From NCBI RefSeq assembly GCF_002571385.2, contig NW_019217843.1, positions 587,336 to 626,294 of the forward strand: a stretch of DNA of 38,959 nt. Direction: 5' to 3'. This document shows positions 36,035 to 38,959 of this stretch, piece by piece. Within the stretch, counting starts at the first letter, position 1. Each line of letters opens with the position of its first letter. The translations under genes were made by a program, and so were the position numbers. The notes below the pieces were generated by a model. It was not told the DNA's origin and made no database searches. It was given only the letters and a program-made list of their open reading frames with translations. The DNA is from Stylophora pistillata. Its lineage: Eukaryota.

Positions 36035-36802
36035 GAGTAATTGATGATGCCTTTTCACGAAGACTCGTGTTTCGAACTAAGGCAGGATTGTGCCGTGTGA
36101 TTTGCACGATTTCAAACTCAAGATGTGCTTTCTTTCAAGTTTTACTTGATAAATCATATTTAACTTTTGCGTTCAAACTTATTTAAAATGATTTTTTTGT
36201 AGAAAACTGCAAAGTTTTATTTCCCTCAGGCTCGTGCCCTTGAAATAAATTTAAGTCACTTATAGTAAAACTGATGTTCTATTCCACCTTTGGCACACTT
36301 GGATAAACCCAGAGCAAAAAACCCTGGGCCATCGCAAACCTGGTGGTTGACCCACAAGTTATATAGTTTGACATTCTGTCGCTAGAAGTAGTCGCTAACG
36401 GAATGCCGATTTAAGTCACAAAAAGGCTCCCCTTATCAGGCCACTTACACAAAACTGACCAATCCGATTACAGGAAACGAGCCCAAAGAAATTCCATATC
36501 GTTTTTCGTCTATCATTTTTTGCTTTGGACCTAAGAACTGATTGGCACAGATATTAGTTGGAATCGTTGTTTTTTGCTCGTAATGAGTAGAATTTGCCCA
36601 TCGATTGGAGCAAATCTTTCCTCCAGCACTTCTCGTATAGAAAGCCGCGGTTAACTTGTAGTTGAAGCTACCACGGAGAAACCTTTGACAACACTACTTC
36701 ACAATTTACATCAAGCAAAATCCCACAAGAACACTTAGAAAGGCTGTAGGAGTTTGATTTGATGTAAAGAGTAAAACGAACAGGTTATGGAAACAGGATT
36801 TT

Positions 36803-36904
36803 CTCTCTGACGATGGGCTAACGCTCGAAAAGCCAGCTTCAGAAACTTTTCACGATGGCTAACTTACATTATCACTGAACTCAATGGATAAAACCAAATT
36901 ATCT
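36803..36904 (+). repeat. Penelope-like repeat fragment with a degenerate minimal hammerhead core
   Basis: ctgacga-t-gggc-taac-gctc-gaaa at 36807-36830. A related piece, acgctcgaaacgtcagctt, is at 38941-38959. Confidence 0.6.
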
Positions 36905-38189
36905 ATGCAACAATAAAGTATATAGGTAAAATCCCGATGAAGATTTAACGCCAAGAAAACGCCGTCTAAACACTAACCCACTTATTTGGTGAGAACGTCA
37001 ATATGTTTTCAAAAGAGGGGTTTCTACAAAAATAAAGAAAAAAATTACAAATTGCGAGGGCCTAATTACGCAGCTAGTAGAAAAACTGAGAATTTCTAGA
37101 GGAAAGTTTAAAATTAATAGAGAAATGAATAATTAGTTCAGTTTTTAAAAGATTCAGTATACAAACGACTTCTGAAGCTTTGGCTGACTAACAATATTAC
37201 CTAAATCATTTAGTAGCGTGGGTAAAGCTCCTATCGAGCTTTGACGTAGTGTTATGTCCAAGAAACAACCATCGACCAGTTAAATATTCAGGAAATGAAG
37301 ATCTTGTTACTGGAGTGAATTGCTTCTAACTGTGATACTAACTCTGATAGCTTTTTAATTAATCGTTGGCGAAGAGACTTCAGCTCAATCCTTGAAAGAA
37401 TACTCAGTGACATTTCTTTCGCGCTTTAGTCATCCATACTTTGCTATACAGATGTTTCCCCGGCGTTTCCGTTTGTCTCGCTTCTGCTGTTAGGGTTTCT
37501 TGTTGCAAGCACAGTCATCAAAAAAGTATTGTCCATACCGCTTTCCTTTACGAACAGTGCTTCTGTCTTTGTTATGTCCAAAAAAGCGTGGCAGGACGAG
37601 ATACTCAGTGCCGCGCGATTGCAAGACACCCTTTATTCGCTCGTTCGACGTGAAATCCTGACAAAGTGAACTGTTGGTAATGATCTACATTTGCCCTTGC
37701 TGAAAAATGTTTCAGTGGCACTGTCATTTCAAGTGATAATACAATGAATGCAAGGAAATCTGTGTTTCTACATTTCGTGGGTTCAAATATTAGAGATCGT
37801 TCGATTTTAATTTCTTCGACTCTTTCAAGCACGCCAAAAAACATCTATAGACAAATACCCATACATAGACAATAAATATATAAATAAATATAAAATCTAC
37901 GCAACAAAGGCTGCAAAATGTGTAAGAGCGTTACGAATGCACGAAAGGCTTTAATAAATAGAAATAGTTCTGGGTCTTCTAAATATCTCCTCTTGACGTT
38001 TCTTTTCGATTTACAATTATCCCGTAACAGTTAAATTCCATTTTCGAAATACTTAAAAAATAGTTCTCCGGTCTTGTTTGGAATACAGTGTTATACACAA
38101 AGAGAATAGCTGACTCACTACCTAAAGTTCATAAAAAGAGAAGAAGGTGAAAAAACGTGGAAATAAATTGGAGAGGATCAAACTCTACA

Positions 38190-38876
38190 CTACTCCAGAA
38201 GACTGACTTGAGACGTTATTATTAGAGGAGTTCTCTTCAGCTGATCTTTGAATTCAGTCCAGCTTAAAGGGAAGAATTCTTCGTATCCCCAGCCAGACCC
38301 CTCTCTATCAAACACGTCCGCTTCGTTGATCACCCGTGTGGCCTTAGGAAAGTTTGAAGTCAGAGAGTATGCCAGTTTGACGAACCCTTTGCTACTGTGG
38401 CGGAAGTCACGTGTGCTTATTGTCAGATATAAGCCTTGACAACCGGAAGTCCTCAGTTTCAGCTCTAGGAACCTGAGAAAACAAATACATCTTAGCACAC
38501 CTGTTGTATACGCACTCAGTAGAAAGGCATGCTTAGAAAAAGAAACGACTAGAAATAGTATTTGGAGAAAACGAGGTGGTAACTCAGAAAATCGTCCTTT
38601 CCAAACTGTTTACATTTTCTAAAACATTTTCTCTCCCACTCTAGAACATCCATCGACCAATTGTTGGTTCTTTTCTACCAATCAAATCATCATTTTCCCC
38701 AAAGGTAGGTAGACAACTTACATTTCGTATCCGCTGACCCAGAAATGCGGGGATTTAATGATCTTCTTTTTTTTCTCTACTTCAATATCTTCTCCGATGT
38801 CCACTGTCCAGTTAAACACGACAGGATCATCATGAGCTTTCCTAGCAATGGGTTCTCCCTCTTCGCATTGTCTCTC
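38190..38876 (-). CDS. Last two exons of a gene with a C-terminal MATH/TRAF-like domain (5' part outside the window)
   Basis: Exons 38876-38722 and 38471-38190 join in phase 2 to give VFNWTV...IKSPHFWVSGYEM|FLEL...GLYL...GWGYEEFF, the MATH strand pattern. Confidence 0.7.
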
Positions 38877-38959
38877 CTGATGGACAAAACGTTGAATATG
38901 TTTTTAAGATTGGACGCATTGCAGCCGGGTTAAGTAACATACGCTCGAAACGTCAGCTT

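Noticed and set aside
35784-36044. 86-aa ORF overlapping the last TEX36-like exon
   Set aside because: It is an alternative frame with no motif; the 35711 frame carries the conserved residues.
1-38959. CRISPR arrays, tRNA/rRNA genes, prokaryotic operons
   Set aside because: None seen. The sequence is spliced eukaryotic DNA and the only tRNA-like piece is a decayed SINE head.

Overview
Eukaryotic, intron-rich genomic DNA, most likely from a scleractinian coral (inferred from the repeat families; not verified). The left two-thirds is a tandem ZNFX1 (Upf1-like SF1 RNA helicase with NF-X1 and RZ zinc fingers) locus on the minus strand. It holds a decayed paralog (~1327-7633) and an apparently intact 16-coding-exon gene (13254-25787, about 2069 aa). 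The intact copy has a 639-nt, frame-symmetric (phase 1-1) exon encoding a LamG/concanavalin-A-like domain inserted inside the helicase core; the neighbouring paralog lacks it. A dense cluster of STAT(GAS)/IRF/NF-kB-like motifs lies just upstream of its probable 5' exon. Between the two copies are a truncated DNA transposon encoding a transposase remnant fused to a DEDDh exonuclease with a PML-like C-terminus, and a 177-bp inverted repeat carrying a Penelope-type minimal hammerhead ribozyme. The right third holds PLPBP (minus) head-to-head with a TEX36-like gene (plus), and the 3' exons of a MATH-domain gene. MITE, SINE and LINE fragments and two assembly Ns (8268, 32301) are present. All gene models were assembled by hand from splice signals and recalled protein similarity; no searches were run.
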